A DNA stretch of 61,027 bases, counting the filler. It is 5 parts of 5 records of this genome, joined end to end, with 100 filler letters (N's around TTAATTAATTAA, not from the genome) between each part and the next. Parts side by side here need not be neighbours in the genome. Positions count along the whole stretch, not along the records: positions 7,565 to 34,723 come from SRR31156797_893; 4 more parts are not named here. The stretch is one strand, 5' to 3'. A program made the position numbers and the translations under genes. Below are positions 11,201 through 20,598 of the stretch, one piece after another; within the stretch, counting starts at the first letter, position 1, and every line of letters begins with the position of its first letter. A model generated the notes under the pieces. The model ran no database searches. It was not told the origin of the DNA and saw only the letters and a program-made list of their open reading frames with translations.

Positions 11201-11382
11201 GATTCACCGACAAACAATTCCCGGGCAGTATTCCTAACCTGCAACTGAGAAGAATAGCCCGTCCACAATATCAGTCCAACAAATCCGGCAAAGACTAAAA
11301 TCATACAGATAAGCAGGATGCGGTAGCCCGAACTGGCCTTATGGCTGGTTTTATTTTCTCTCATTAAATCAGGCTCTTCCAT
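8248..11382 (-). CDS. Membrane hybrid sensor histidine kinase (periplasmic sensor, 2 PAS, HisKA, HATPase, REC)
   Basis: NMTHEFRTPMN H-box, NAVKFT, DTGIG, GGTGLGL, REC with DIQMP; start may be 11364. Confidence 0.92.
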   Translation of the reverse strand: MEEPDLMRENKTSHKASSGYRILLICMILVFAGFVGLILWTGYSSQLQVRNTARELFVGESAKRAMAVSFYSSKRVSELGGVAASQSVRSLVSVLREEKGDAVSKVPALAKDVCSLFNRSLAKRSVGDEHVFSRIAVLDEDGDLILDSDSDCLLNTEDSEFAKFRVRHGTPAFFAGEYGGELSIVISVPIDASQGIKGTVVGWTRIESLHRSLKFMTISPSVGTDFLRVGGTVVAVSDVSARHSGELLLMDVIHEWDGLTVLEAGKSGREVDYLAISSPVRGTSLSVISLVEEDKLFGFLSIRMQFILYLLIFLLISIGCFWLIRGVLRHKIYEARMQEASRRIEEVNTQKEKVEHEVRNRHLADALRRRAEIKFRDIFDNAPMGIFQATLDGSYLTANKALAELYGYENSEELISEVSSVGDQVYMNSEDWTRCVQMLRFAGQVASYEVECKRKDGGTVWTSRDLRLVESEPGMSAYVEGFVIDVTARKKAEKEQQKSEWRFRSLFENSPVALWELDLSSLKKIFDSYGPDMFPVIREELLSDHDSVSRCVEKIQIIDANNRTIEFFGTSSLEQLINVGFSPYVTQHSWRIYRTVFLDMLKGAQRHRSEFSFLRLDGREQSFILNLTIVPGYEDSWERVLVAVEDISELKRIEKELRGSREDAQEANEAKGRFLANMTHEFRTPMNAVKGMVQLLQRSELTSEQQENLRLIKSSVDSLLVIVNDILDYSKLDSVHMELNEENIDFPAFLQEMRDVVDIGAMNKPLQVILEAENVPGCVRVDSLRLRQVLVNLLGNAVKFTDKGSVTLRCRPDSPASDGDKVSLLFEVSDTGIGLPEGGAEALFESFVQADPSITRRYGGTGLGLAICYKLVKHLGGELFARNNEHGGALFSFVLPVEICKNLNQPQEVTDSPEEVFDSVDYSGLKVMVAEDSKMNRILLRKVFEKNGLKNYVMVENGKDAVDTFNDSDDFDIIFMDIQMPVLDGFEAARAIRKTHSPVRIVALTANVGEDFLQKCFDSGMDSRITKPFNVDDLLAELTKVTQS

Positions 11383-11547
11383 CGCAGGAAATAAAATTTA
11401 AACAATTCAGAAGATATAAATACTCACCAAAAATTATGAAAAGACAATTCAATCCAAAGTGAACTATCTCCAACGTTAAAAATATTGTAACAATCTTAGC
11501 ATACTTAGACTTTTTTTGCATAATTTCATGAAAAAAACAAAGCTGAC

Positions 11548-11576
11548 TTGACATTGAAAGTCATTTTCACTAAATA
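11548..11576 (+). promoter_or_regulatory. Sigma70 promoter overlapped by a Fur-box-like palindrome
   Basis: TTGACA at 11548, TAAATA 17 bp later; ATTGAAAGTCATTTTCACT (TGAAA-N5-TTTCA) between them. Confidence 0.65.
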
Positions 11577-11607
11577 GTAAGCAACACTAAAAAACATGGA
11601 GGCAACT

Positions 11608-11883
11608 ATGTGTGCAGCTCTTATCGGCGGAATGGACAGACTCAAGCGTGATTATATTGTTTCAGCCAAGAAAAAAGGCGTTAAACTTAAGGTATTCACA
11701 GGAAAGGAGAATAAGGTATCAGCAAAGTTAGGCAGTGCCGACCATGTAATTATCTTCACCAACCAGATTTCACACGCAGCTAAAAAAGACATAGTGAAAT
11801 ATACCAAGGCCAAACAGATTCCCCTGCATATGTTCCACTCTTGCGGAGTTTCCACCCTCAAAAACTGCCTTGAAAATCTGTAG
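11608..11883 (+). CDS. DUF2325 family protein
   Basis: MCAALIGG...AD.VIIFT..ISH pattern; GGAGG RBS favours ATG 11608. Confidence 0.8.
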   Translation: MCAALIGGMDRLKRDYIVSAKKKGVKLKVFTGKENKVSAKLGSADHVIIFTNQISHAAKKDIVKYTKAKQIPLHMFHSCGVSTLKNCLENL

Positions 11884-11968
11884 AATAAACTGCAATATCT
11901 GCATCCCGGCGGGAAAGACGGTTTGGAGACAGTCTTTCAGCCAGCCGCGGACACCTTCCTGATCCCTG

Positions 11969-12820
11969 CTATTCATGCAGGGAACGCAGAAGATCAATAT
12001 TCATTTTATCAAGTTTGAAATCAGGATCATCTTCTTTCGGCGTTTCAATAACCTTGGGAACAGCGGCAAAATGAGCGTCGTTGATGATATACCTGAATCC
12101 CTCAAGCCCGATATTACCCTGCCCGATATGTTCGTGGCGGTCTTTATTGGAACTCAAATCCTGTTTACTATCGTTAAGATGAAAAAAACGAATGAAATCA
12201 AGTCCGATCAGCTTGTCAAAACGTTCGAAGACCTCAGCACATGATTCTGCTGTACGCAAGTCATATCCGGCGGCAAAAGCGTGACAGGTATCAAAGCAGA
12301 CTCCCATACGCGAAGTGTAGCCTGAATCTTCCAGAATTGTGGCCAGTTCCCCGAACCTGCTGCCAAGATTAGTTCCCTGTCCGGCAGTATTCTCAATAAG
12401 CACCTTCACTTCCTCAGTTCCCGAAAGAGCAATGGCCTGATCAAGATTTGCAACATACCTTTCAAGAGCCTCAACCTTGCCGGAGCCTAGATGGGAACCG
12501 GGATGAGTCACCAGATATTCAATGCCCAGCTTCTCTGTGCGGCGCAGCTCTTCAGCAAAGGCCTTCACGGATTTAGCAGCACCGTCCGGCTTAGGCGAAG
12601 CAAGGTTTATGAGGTAAGAATCATGGACACTGACCGGATAATTGCCCCATTCTTCACGCAACCGCTTAAAATTTTCCACCACCTTGCCTTCAAGAGGCTT
12701 TACCTTCCACTGCCGCTGGTTGCGGGTAAAGATCTGCAAGGCAGTCCCGCCAACAGCCATAATCCGTTCCACAGCCTTATCTACGCCGCCGGTTATGGGC
12801 ATATGGGCACCTATATACAT
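11969..12820 (-). CDS. nfo: Endonuclease IV
   Basis: GAH, H..YLINL, HPGS, ENTAGQG, DTCH, HLNDS, DRHEHIG, ETP. Confidence 0.95.
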   Translation of the reverse strand: MYIGAHMPITGGVDKAVERIMAVGGTALQIFTRNQRQWKVKPLEGKVVENFKRLREEWGNYPVSVHDSYLINLASPKPDGAAKSVKAFAEELRRTEKLGIEYLVTHPGSHLGSGKVEALERYVANLDQAIALSGTEEVKVLIENTAGQGTNLGSRFGELATILEDSGYTSRMGVCFDTCHAFAAGYDLRTAESCAEVFERFDKLIGLDFIRFFHLNDSKQDLSSNKDRHEHIGQGNIGLEGFRYIINDAHFAAVPKVIETPKEDDPDFKLDKMNIDLLRSLHE

Positions 12821-12852
12821 AAAAAATATCCTTCTCTTATTATTTGCGAATC

Positions 12853-13989
12853 TTAATTCTTCTCTGATGCCAGCTCCATAAGGATCGGAGCCAGCAATCG
12901 CGGATCAATCAGACCTTCAGATTCGTCTGAAACCAGTGTGCGGTCAATTACTTTCAAAGGAAACTTTTCCAAAGCCGCAAAATCAGGATCTTCTTGGTAG
13001 GTACCGTTTTCAGAGTCAATAAGAACATAATTGAGCACGGCTTCCGAGCCGATATACGCAGAATTGTCCATACGCAGAACTTCAAGCAGTCGCTCAACTT
13101 GTAAGTTAATATTATGTCCAAGCAGTTCCGGATCATATCCCATATTAGGGATAAACACCTTCGGACAGGGGTTAACAGAAACAGCATGCCCCAAGCCCTG
13201 TGGTGAAATCGCAGCCAGCATGCTGGAATAAAAACTGCCCATGGGATAAACAATCATATCCGCATTATTAACCAGATTAATTGCCAACGAAGACCCATGC
13301 ACTGGACGCGGCCAAGGATCATCCACCCCGGAACAAATCCACATACCATCAATGGGCGAGGATATGGGATCAGTCTCCTTGCCCGTAAACTGATGCTGCC
13401 CGGCCAGAATTTCACCGTTCTCCAGACGCACAGCCAGATGTCCGTTATCTACTGTGGAAGCCCGAACAATCCCCCTTGCTCCAATGAGCCGGGAAAGCTG
13501 AGCTATGGGCGGGGCAAGTATCCGCTGATGGGCCATGAATCCCGCTGCCAGCACAATATTTCCAAGACTGGCATTGACCGGATCAAAATTATCCCCGGCT
13601 AATTCAATGAACAAGGCAAAACGGTCAGAAAGAATTTTGCGCACGATCTCAGAAAAACCGTCCATAAGGGAATGTGAACCATTGGCGAGATGTGATAGCT
13701 GTCCATAAAGGGCGGTCTTATCCGCATAGCGCGGCAAACGAGTGGCAAGCAATTCCACAATATTGGACTTCTCAGGGGTGTCCTTGTCCGCAAGAGCAAG
13801 CAAGCGGTTACGCACATCTCCCACCGCCGGCATGTCAAAGACTTCGCGCAAAGCAGCGGAACTGCCCCCGGAATCAAAAGTGGTGATGATATAAGCACAC
13901 CTCGGATTGACTTTCGCAAGCTCGGCGGCCAACCCGTTCAGGGCCGTCCCCCCGCTGAAAAAAACAATTTCCGGATGCTCCTTCTTCAC
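12853..13989 (-). CDS. CofD/YvcK-like protein (GAK-system CofD-related type)
   Basis: FFSGGTAL, DSGGSS..LR, GD.RNRL, SLGN, GQH..TGKE, YPMGSFYSS. Confidence 0.75.
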   Translation of the reverse strand: MKKEHPEIVFFSGGTALNGLAAELAKVNPRCAYIITTFDSGGSSAALREVFDMPAVGDVRNRLLALADKDTPEKSNIVELLATRLPRYADKTALYGQLSHLANGSHSLMDGFSEIVRKILSDRFALFIELAGDNFDPVNASLGNIVLAAGFMAHQRILAPPIAQLSRLIGARGIVRASTVDNGHLAVRLENGEILAGQHQFTGKETDPISSPIDGMWICSGVDDPWPRPVHGSSLAINLVNNADMIVYPMGSFYSSMLAAISPQGLGHAVSVNPCPKVFIPNMGYDPELLGHNINLQVERLLEVLRMDNSAYIGSEAVLNYVLIDSENGTYQEDPDFAALEKFPLKVIDRTLVSDESEGLIDPRLLAPILMELASEKN

Positions 13990-14225
13990 TAACGTCCTGC
14001 CTATTTTTTACTGTACTTTTATGGAGACGGCCTAACCGCAGGAAAAAAACAGAGAATAAGAATGTCGTAAAAATAAACCTTAAGAATCACATAAAGTACG
14101 ATTTATTCTGCGGAAACAAACTCTGTTTCCCTTGCAGATCAGCACCCTTTTGATTATTTAGGGCAATATATCCGGCAAATTCTATTTTCATAATTAGCAA
14201 ACAACATACCTCAAATCTTACTGAT

Positions 14226-14831
14226 ATGAAAAACATTTTTCTCAATATACACGGATTCGGTTCTTCAGGCGCAAACTCCAAGGCTGCGGCACTTAGCGAG
14301 AATTTTCCCGAACATGAACTTATCAGCCCGGATCTTCCCCCGGATCCGCTGGAGTCTCTTGAAATAATCGAAGCTATTGTGCTGGATAACATAAACCGCC
14401 CGTTGATCCTGCAAGGTTCATCCATGGGCGGCCTGTTTTCGTTGATTATGCATTTCCGGTATTCTGTACCGGCTCTGCTTATCAATCCGGCACTGACTCC
14501 GGTAGATTTGGTCCGCAGTCGTCTGGGCGAAATATACGAATTTTCCAACGGCGACAGCATCCTCATTTCAAAAGATCATATGAACCGCTTTGCGGAGGTG
14601 GAAGAGGAGTTAAATAAAGGCATTGCGGAAAAAGGCGTCCGCAACCGGGAAGTACTGGCCCTGATAGGTGAACAGGATGAGTTGCTTGATCAAAAAATTA
14701 TGAAATCAATACTAAGAAAAGCTGGGGCCGACATTATTTCTTACAATACCGACCACCGTTTTGAAGGATATGAGCAGGTCAGCCGCCACGACATAAAAGT
14801 TAGAGAATTCCTGCTTACATTGCGGAATTAA
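14226..14831 (+). CDS. YqiA/YcfP (UPF0227) alpha/beta-hydrolase esterase
   Basis: IHGF.SS, GSSMGG nucleophile elbow, LINPA, D..LD, HRF. Confidence 0.85.
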   Translation: MKNIFLNIHGFGSSGANSKAAALSENFPEHELISPDLPPDPLESLEIIEAIVLDNINRPLILQGSSMGGLFSLIMHFRYSVPALLINPALTPVDLVRSRLGEIYEFSNGDSILISKDHMNRFAEVEEELNKGIAEKGVRNREVLALIGEQDELLDQKIMKSILRKAGADIISYNTDHRFEGYEQVSRHDIKVREFLLTLRN

Positions 14832-16006
14832 TCTTCTTCTGTACGTCCTGTGGGCATAAGGTCATTCATCTCACTGATGTAACCGTTTTCAAGATTGTTT
14901 ACTTCCTGAATATAGGTTTTGAAAGTTAAGTCCATGGACGGATCGGTAAACTTGTGCAGACTGTAGGAAGGAGTGGAAAAAAATCCGCGTCTGGCTTTGT
15001 GCTCCCCCCCCATACCGGGATCATAAGTATTGATACCGTTAGCGATCGCCCATTCTATGGGCGCGTAGTAGCAGAGTTCAAAATGAAGGAAACGGACTTC
15101 CTCAAAACAGCCCCAATATCTACCCCAGAGCCGATCCCCGGAAAAAACAAACATTGATAGTGCCAGCGGATCAGGATCATCGCCCCGTAAGGCTACGGTA
15201 AACATAAGGTTTTCCCTCATGTTCTGCTTCAGCCCTTCAAAAAAATCAGGAGTGAGGTATTTGCAGCTCCAAACCCCGAATTTATCATTGGTAGAAACGT
15301 AACAGCTATACATAAGATCGAAATAACGGTCCGGAATTTCGTAACCGGTCAAAGTCTGCACCCGGACATTGTCACGGCGCAAAGCTTTACGTTCACGGCG
15401 GACAGTCTTGCGCCTGTTGCTGTTCAGGGTTGCCAGCCAATGGTCAAAATCCCGGTAATCATCATTGGTCCAGACATATCCCTGATGCTTCCATGCGGCA
15501 TACCCGTAGGCCTCCATTTCAACACCCCAGTCAGGGTCCACAAAATTAAAAGCACAACTACCCAACCCGTTAATTGAACAAAAACGGTCAAGGGTCTGGC
15601 AGATTAATGAGGTGATCCTTTTTGCGGAAACACCAGGAGCCACCATGAAACGATACCCGGAAGCGGGTGTATAAGGACTCATCCCCACAATCTTGGGGTA
15701 ATAAGCCATACCGCCTTTCTGAGCCACTTCTACCCAGACGCGGTCGAAAATAAACTCACCTTCACTCTGATCCCGGACAAAAAGAGGGGCCGCGCCCACA
15801 AGACGCCCTTCAGAACGGACAAGGAGATGGGCTGTAAGCCAGCCGCTTTCCGGTGTAGCACTCTTGCTCTGCTCGATAAGCCGCAGCCAGTCCCATTCAA
15901 GAAAAGGGAAATTCAATCCTTTTGCAAGAAGGTTCCATTCATCACGATCTACTTCAGTGATTGAAGGAGTCCATGAAATTTCAAGTCCGTCCAAAATATC
16001 AGTCAT
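14828..16006 (-). CDS. FemAB-like GNAT (peptidoglycan biosynthesis/recognition family)
   Basis: S.GEF.FD..W, YYPK, P.TP..G.R, RK..RRER, GRYWG, LHFE.CYY, GGEHK..RGF. Confidence 0.85.
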   Translation of the reverse strand: MTDILDGLEISWTPSITEVDRDEWNLLAKGLNFPFLEWDWLRLIEQSKSATPESGWLTAHLLVRSEGRLVGAAPLFVRDQSEGEFIFDRVWVEVAQKGGMAYYPKIVGMSPYTPASGYRFMVAPGVSAKRITSLICQTLDRFCSINGLGSCAFNFVDPDWGVEMEAYGYAAWKHQGYVWTNDDYRDFDHWLATLNSNRRKTVRRERKALRRDNVRVQTLTGYEIPDRYFDLMYSCYVSTNDKFGVWSCKYLTPDFFEGLKQNMRENLMFTVALRGDDPDPLALSMFVFSGDRLWGRYWGCFEEVRFLHFELCYYAPIEWAIANGINTYDPGMGGEHKARRGFFSTPSYSLHKFTDPSMDLTFKTYIQEVNNLENGYISEMNDLMPTGRTEED

Positions 16007-16024
16007 TTACCAACCCTAAAAGAA

Positions 16025-16945
16025 CTACTGACCACTGACTTTCCCGGCAAATGATCTTGATACCGAAAAATAATCCGCAACCCATTCCATAAAAACTCCC
16101 GCCGTATTGGAGTAATCTTCCCTGTTCCAGACCATATATATGTCCATACGGGGAAATTCATCACTGATGGGTACCATGGCTATCCCTTTGCGTGACACAC
16201 GGCTATTCTCCGGTAGAAAGGTGACACCCATTCCTGATGAAATCAAAGCCGAGGCACCGGAAAGACCGGAAATTTCCTGCCTGACCTTCGGCACCAAGCC
16301 TCGCGAGGTAAAAGCTCCCATTATGGAGTCATAAAGATCCGGCTGCCCGCTACGGGGAAATATAAGCAGGTTCTCCCTTGCGATTTCTGTCAATGATACG
16401 CTTTTTTCAGCGGTAAAGATATGATCTTCCGGCACCGCGAGCACATGTTTTCTGGAAAACAGCTTAACTGAGGACAATCCTTCCATGGCGTGCAGATAAA
16501 CGGTTGAAAACCCCACATCCAACTCACCGGTACGAATTCTTTCCAACTGAATGGAAGCGCCGAACTGGCTGAGCTGCACTGAAACTCCGGGATATCTGTG
16601 GCTGAAAGAACGCACCGCCTCCGGCAAAAGGCTGTCCATGGCAATCTCCATAAACCCGACCTTTATATTACCGTATTCCCCCTTGGCCATCCGCCCCACA
16701 GTAGCCGCTGCCTCTTCAGCCTGAGCCACAATATCAAGAGCCTGCTTGTAAAAATAGCGCCCTTCATTGGTCAGGCGCACTTTACGGCTGTTTCGCTCCA
16801 GTAACCGCGCACCAAGCTCTTCCTCCAGTCCCTTGATCTGTTGCGAAAAAGGAGGCTGGGCAATATGTACCCTGCGGGCCGCACGCCCGAAGTGCAATTC
16901 CTCGGCTACGGCAATGAAATATCTCAGCTGTCTTAATTCCATCAA
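16025..16945 (-). CDS. LysR-family transcriptional regulator
   Basis: LRYFIAVAEELHFGRAA..HIAQP HTH plus substrate-binding domain. Confidence 0.93.
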   Translation of the reverse strand: MMELRQLRYFIAVAEELHFGRAARRVHIAQPPFSQQIKGLEEELGARLLERNSRKVRLTNEGRYFYKQALDIVAQAEEAAATVGRMAKGEYGNIKVGFMEIAMDSLLPEAVRSFSHRYPGVSVQLSQFGASIQLERIRTGELDVGFSTVYLHAMEGLSSVKLFSRKHVLAVPEDHIFTAEKSVSLTEIARENLLIFPRSGQPDLYDSIMGAFTSRGLVPKVRQEISGLSGASALISSGMGVTFLPENSRVSRKGIAMVPISDEFPRMDIYMVWNREDYSNTAGVFMEWVADYFSVSRSFAGKVSGQ

Positions 16946-17122
16946 TTAAAATCCGTTTTAAAGCCTACCGGAGCAAATTATCCGACTTCCTTTTATTCAA
17001 CAATAAATCCTGTATAATTACAATATTAAAGTCCGAAGATAAAAATCAGCAAAAAGTTTGATTGCATTTTTTCCCGCCTTGAGCCAACCTCTGCACGCCT
17101 TATCTCAAAAAGGAGTTTTTTT

Positions 17123-17548
17123 ATGAGTGATAATCTGGACAGCCTGCTTTCTGATATTCAGCAGCAATGCGATGACGCAGCCCACGACATGTTCGGGGAG
17201 GAAACTTCCCGCTGGCATAACCCGACCTACGCCCGGACCATGGAAAATCCGGACAGCATCGGAGAAATGCGGGGAAACTGTGGTGATGTCATCAAAATAT
17301 TTCTCAAGATAAATAATAACACTGTCAGCGAAGCATCTTTCTTCACCACCGGATGCGGCCCGAGCATAGTCAGCAGCGATATGGCCTGTGAACTAAGTCT
17401 GGGTAAAAGCATTGACGAAGCCTCGGAAATCGACGGTGAAGATATTCTCGAAAGACTCGGCGGACTACCTGAGGACAAAACCCATTGTGCCCATCTGGCA
17501 TCTTCTGCTCTTCAGGAAGCATTGGGTAACTGGATGCAGAAGAAATAG
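17123..17548 (+). CDS. IscU/NifU-N-like Fe-S scaffold protein
   Basis: CGD, GC and HCA cysteines; AGGAG RBS. Confidence 0.85.
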   Translation: MSDNLDSLLSDIQQQCDDAAHDMFGEETSRWHNPTYARTMENPDSIGEMRGNCGDVIKIFLKINNNTVSEASFFTTGCGPSIVSSDMACELSLGKSIDEASEIDGEDILERLGGLPEDKTHCAHLASSALQEALGNWMQKK

Positions 17549-17558
17549 TCCGCACAGC

Positions 17559-20500
17559 CTAAAGGCTGTGCTTGAGAATCCCCTTGATCAGGGAAATCTT
17601 TTTGATGGGCTTGGCCAAGAATCCGCTACACCCAGCCTTGAGACAATCCTTCCGGTCTTCATCACGAGCATTGGCTGTTAAAGCCACTATCGGTGTAGCC
17701 GGATATCCGTTTTCCAACTCATAGGCTCTAATTTCGCGGGTGGCATCAAGCCCATCCTTCCCGGGCATCTGGATGTCCATCAATACCAGATCAAAATTAT
17801 TCTCACAGTACATGCACACGGCTTCATCACCGTCAGTGGCAAAACGTAGTCTGAACGGAGTGTCTTTCAGAAAAAAGTCCAACAACATGCGATTATTTTC
17901 CGAATCTTCAACCACAAGGATACGCAGAGGCATAAGCTCTACGGACTCTTCCCGTCTTACTGCTTCAGTGGCTGATTCTCCATAAATTTCAAGCATAGCC
18001 TTAAGCAGACCACCACGCGTTACGGGCCAGTCAACACTGCTCTTAACACCGAAAATCTGATTTATTTCCGGACGATTGCTACTTACTCCGGGAGAAGAAG
18101 AGAGAGTACACAGTACAGGATTATCACTGTTCAGCCGAGCTTTGATGGACTCTATTTCACTCAGACCATCTTCCTCTCCAAGCTGATCGGAAACAATTAC
18201 CAGCTCGGCATTACTGCGGCAGGATTCGTTTTGCACACAGGCAAAATTCAAATCCCCTGCAGACATACACTTTGCTCCCCACTCACCAAGACATTTGCAG
18301 ATATAGTTCCGAACCTGAGACCGTTCATCAATGACAATAATCTCACGGTCCTGCATTGCTGACCTGATTCTACCGGTATCTGCCTCAATCTCATCCAAAC
18401 TTCCAACCTCAATATCGGTACGGAACTCAGCTCCTCCGGATGAAATGTTGCGCACCTCAATATGTCCGTTCATCAATTCCACAAGATTGCGGGTAATGGA
18501 CAACCCGAGTCCTGTTCCTCCGTATTTACGGGTCGTGGAAGAATCAGCCTGGACAAAATTTTCGAAAATATCTTTAAATTTTTTTTCTGAAATTCCAATA
18601 CCGCTGTCGCGCACAATCATATGCAACACAGACTTTCCCTGCGGACCGGAGGAAGAAAATATATCCAACACAACAGATCCGGAATCAGTAAACTTAATGG
18701 CATTGCTGAGCAGGTTAACCAGAATCTGTTTTATTCTTGTCGGATCTCCCTCAAAAAGAGTCGGACAAAGCGGGTCTACATGACAGGCAAAAACCAGATT
18801 CTTTTTCCAGGCACTGACAGACATGATACCGGAGACTTCATCCACAAGATCATCAATATTAAATTTAGTACACTCAAGGGTAAGTTTACCGGATTCGATC
18901 TTGGAAAGATCAAGAATATCATTGATTAAATTCAGCAAAGCCTTTCCCGAATCCCTGAAAATGGAGACATAGCGTCTTTGTTCAGTGGTCAAAGTGGTAT
19001 CAGAAAGCATGTCGGCCATGCCCAGAATTGAATTCATGGGTGTGCGTATTTCATGACTCATCTGAGCCAGAAATTCACTTTTAGTACGATTTGCAACCTC
19101 CGCTTTGGACATAGCCTCTTCAAGTTTTTTGAGAGTCTCGGCCATATGGGCAGAATTGCGTTCTTCAATCTCTTTGGCTTTCAGTAATTCAGCGGCATAA
19201 CGCTGCAACTCTTCTTCATCCCGTTTACGATCTGTGACATCGCGGACCACGCTGAGTAAAACGTCCTGCCCCTGATACGCAATCCTCCGGGCACGCACAT
19301 CGGTGTAGACAATCTCACCGGACTTAGCCACAGCCGGACATTCGAACTGCCGGGAGCCATTTTCTGTGAAAATATTATTCATAAGACCGCGCAGGCTTTC
19401 CCGCTCATAAGACGGAACAAGTTCAAATACGGTCTTCTTTAAAAACTCATTACGGTCATAGCCAAGAAAATCCATCCCCCTGTTGTTCACCTTCAGAAAG
19501 ATCCCGTCCATATCAGTTATACAGACCAGATCATCAACATTATCAAAAAAGAATTGATACTGTTCCAATCCCCGGGTTCGGCGCAAATTTTCCAACATGG
19601 AAGAAAGAGCATTACCTAAGGCGTTGATCTCAGTAATAACGCTATCACGGTCCGGGATATCATCTTCCTGTCCTTGGGAAATATCCTCAGCTGAAGCGGT
19701 AATTATGCGCAACGGACGGGTAAGCTTGCTGCTCAAAATAAGCGAAACTACTATACAAAGCCCTATGACAGCACCAAACAAAGGCAACAAAAGCCAAAAT
19801 GTACGCTGTAGCGCATTATTCAACCTCGCATCGGAAACAAAGTAGGCCAACCCCGGCACCAATTCACTGCGATACAAAACCCCCTGCTGATCTCTTCCGA
19901 TACGGACTTTAATAAGCGCATTATCGTCTGAAGATTCCCCCATCGACAAAGACAAAGGCTCTCCGGAAATAAGGTCGTAAGCTTTACCCTGATCAAAAAG
20001 CACCATCCTGCTTTCGTGAGAATTCTGAAACGCAGAGACCAACTCCGATCTGGAAAAATCAACCAGACAAGCGGCACTTCCCACAACCTCAGACCTGCTG
20101 CGGATAGGAAGTGAGAAAACAGTCATAAATCCACCGCCCGTAGCTCTGCAAAAAGAACAACGGTGGGGAGAATTTTCTAACGCACTTTGAATATAAGGTT
20201 CATCAAACGGTCTGGCCGAGGAGGTAAAAATTCTGCCGTCATCCTTGCGCAACACAAAAAAATCAATCCCCAGAGGGGCTTGATCATATTCAGATAATTT
20301 TTCGGAAAGAGGGTAGTCCACCCCCATCATCATAGCAACCCGGATGGAATTATCCTTACTTAACTCTCCAAGACGGGCCATAGCGCGATGCAGGAAGCTA
20401 TACAATTCAAGGCTGACTTCCTGCCCCTCAGCACGGACTCGGTCATGGTATTCGTTTTTTAGGGTACTGAAATAACTATAAGAGAAGACTCCACCCATAG

Positions 20501-20579
20501 CGAGGGCGGTAATAATAGCCATTCCGCAGATTGCAGCAGCCACAAGGGTTGAAAGCCTGTAGGAGGATGTTTTTCTCAT
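17559..20579 (-). CDS. Hybrid sensor histidine kinase (HAMP, PAS, HisKA, HATPase, degenerate REC, REC)
   Basis: MSHEIRTPMN, NAIKFT, DSGIG, GGTGLGL, terminal REC DIQMP. Confidence 0.92.
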   Translation of the reverse strand: MRKTSSYRLSTLVAAAICGMAIITALAMGGVFSYSYFSTLKNEYHDRVRAEGQEVSLELYSFLHRAMARLGELSKDNSIRVAMMMGVDYPLSEKLSEYDQAPLGIDFFVLRKDDGRIFTSSARPFDEPYIQSALENSPHRCSFCRATGGGFMTVFSLPIRSRSEVVGSAACLVDFSRSELVSAFQNSHESRMVLFDQGKAYDLISGEPLSLSMGESSDDNALIKVRIGRDQQGVLYRSELVPGLAYFVSDARLNNALQRTFWLLLPLFGAVIGLCIVVSLILSSKLTRPLRIITASAEDISQGQEDDIPDRDSVITEINALGNALSSMLENLRRTRGLEQYQFFFDNVDDLVCITDMDGIFLKVNNRGMDFLGYDRNEFLKKTVFELVPSYERESLRGLMNNIFTENGSRQFECPAVAKSGEIVYTDVRARRIAYQGQDVLLSVVRDVTDRKRDEEELQRYAAELLKAKEIEERNSAHMAETLKKLEEAMSKAEVANRTKSEFLAQMSHEIRTPMNSILGMADMLSDTTLTTEQRRYVSIFRDSGKALLNLINDILDLSKIESGKLTLECTKFNIDDLVDEVSGIMSVSAWKKNLVFACHVDPLCPTLFEGDPTRIKQILVNLLSNAIKFTDSGSVVLDIFSSSGPQGKSVLHMIVRDSGIGISEKKFKDIFENFVQADSSTTRKYGGTGLGLSITRNLVELMNGHIEVRNISSGGAEFRTDIEVGSLDEIEADTGRIRSAMQDREIIVIDERSQVRNYICKCLGEWGAKCMSAGDLNFACVQNESCRSNAELVIVSDQLGEEDGLSEIESIKARLNSDNPVLCTLSSSPGVSSNRPEINQIFGVKSSVDWPVTRGGLLKAMLEIYGESATEAVRREESVELMPLRILVVEDSENNRMLLDFFLKDTPFRLRFATDGDEAVCMYCENNFDLVLMDIQMPGKDGLDATREIRAYELENGYPATPIVALTANARDEDRKDCLKAGCSGFLAKPIKKISLIKGILKHSL

Positions 20580-20598
20580 TTCAGCAACGCGAATTCAA

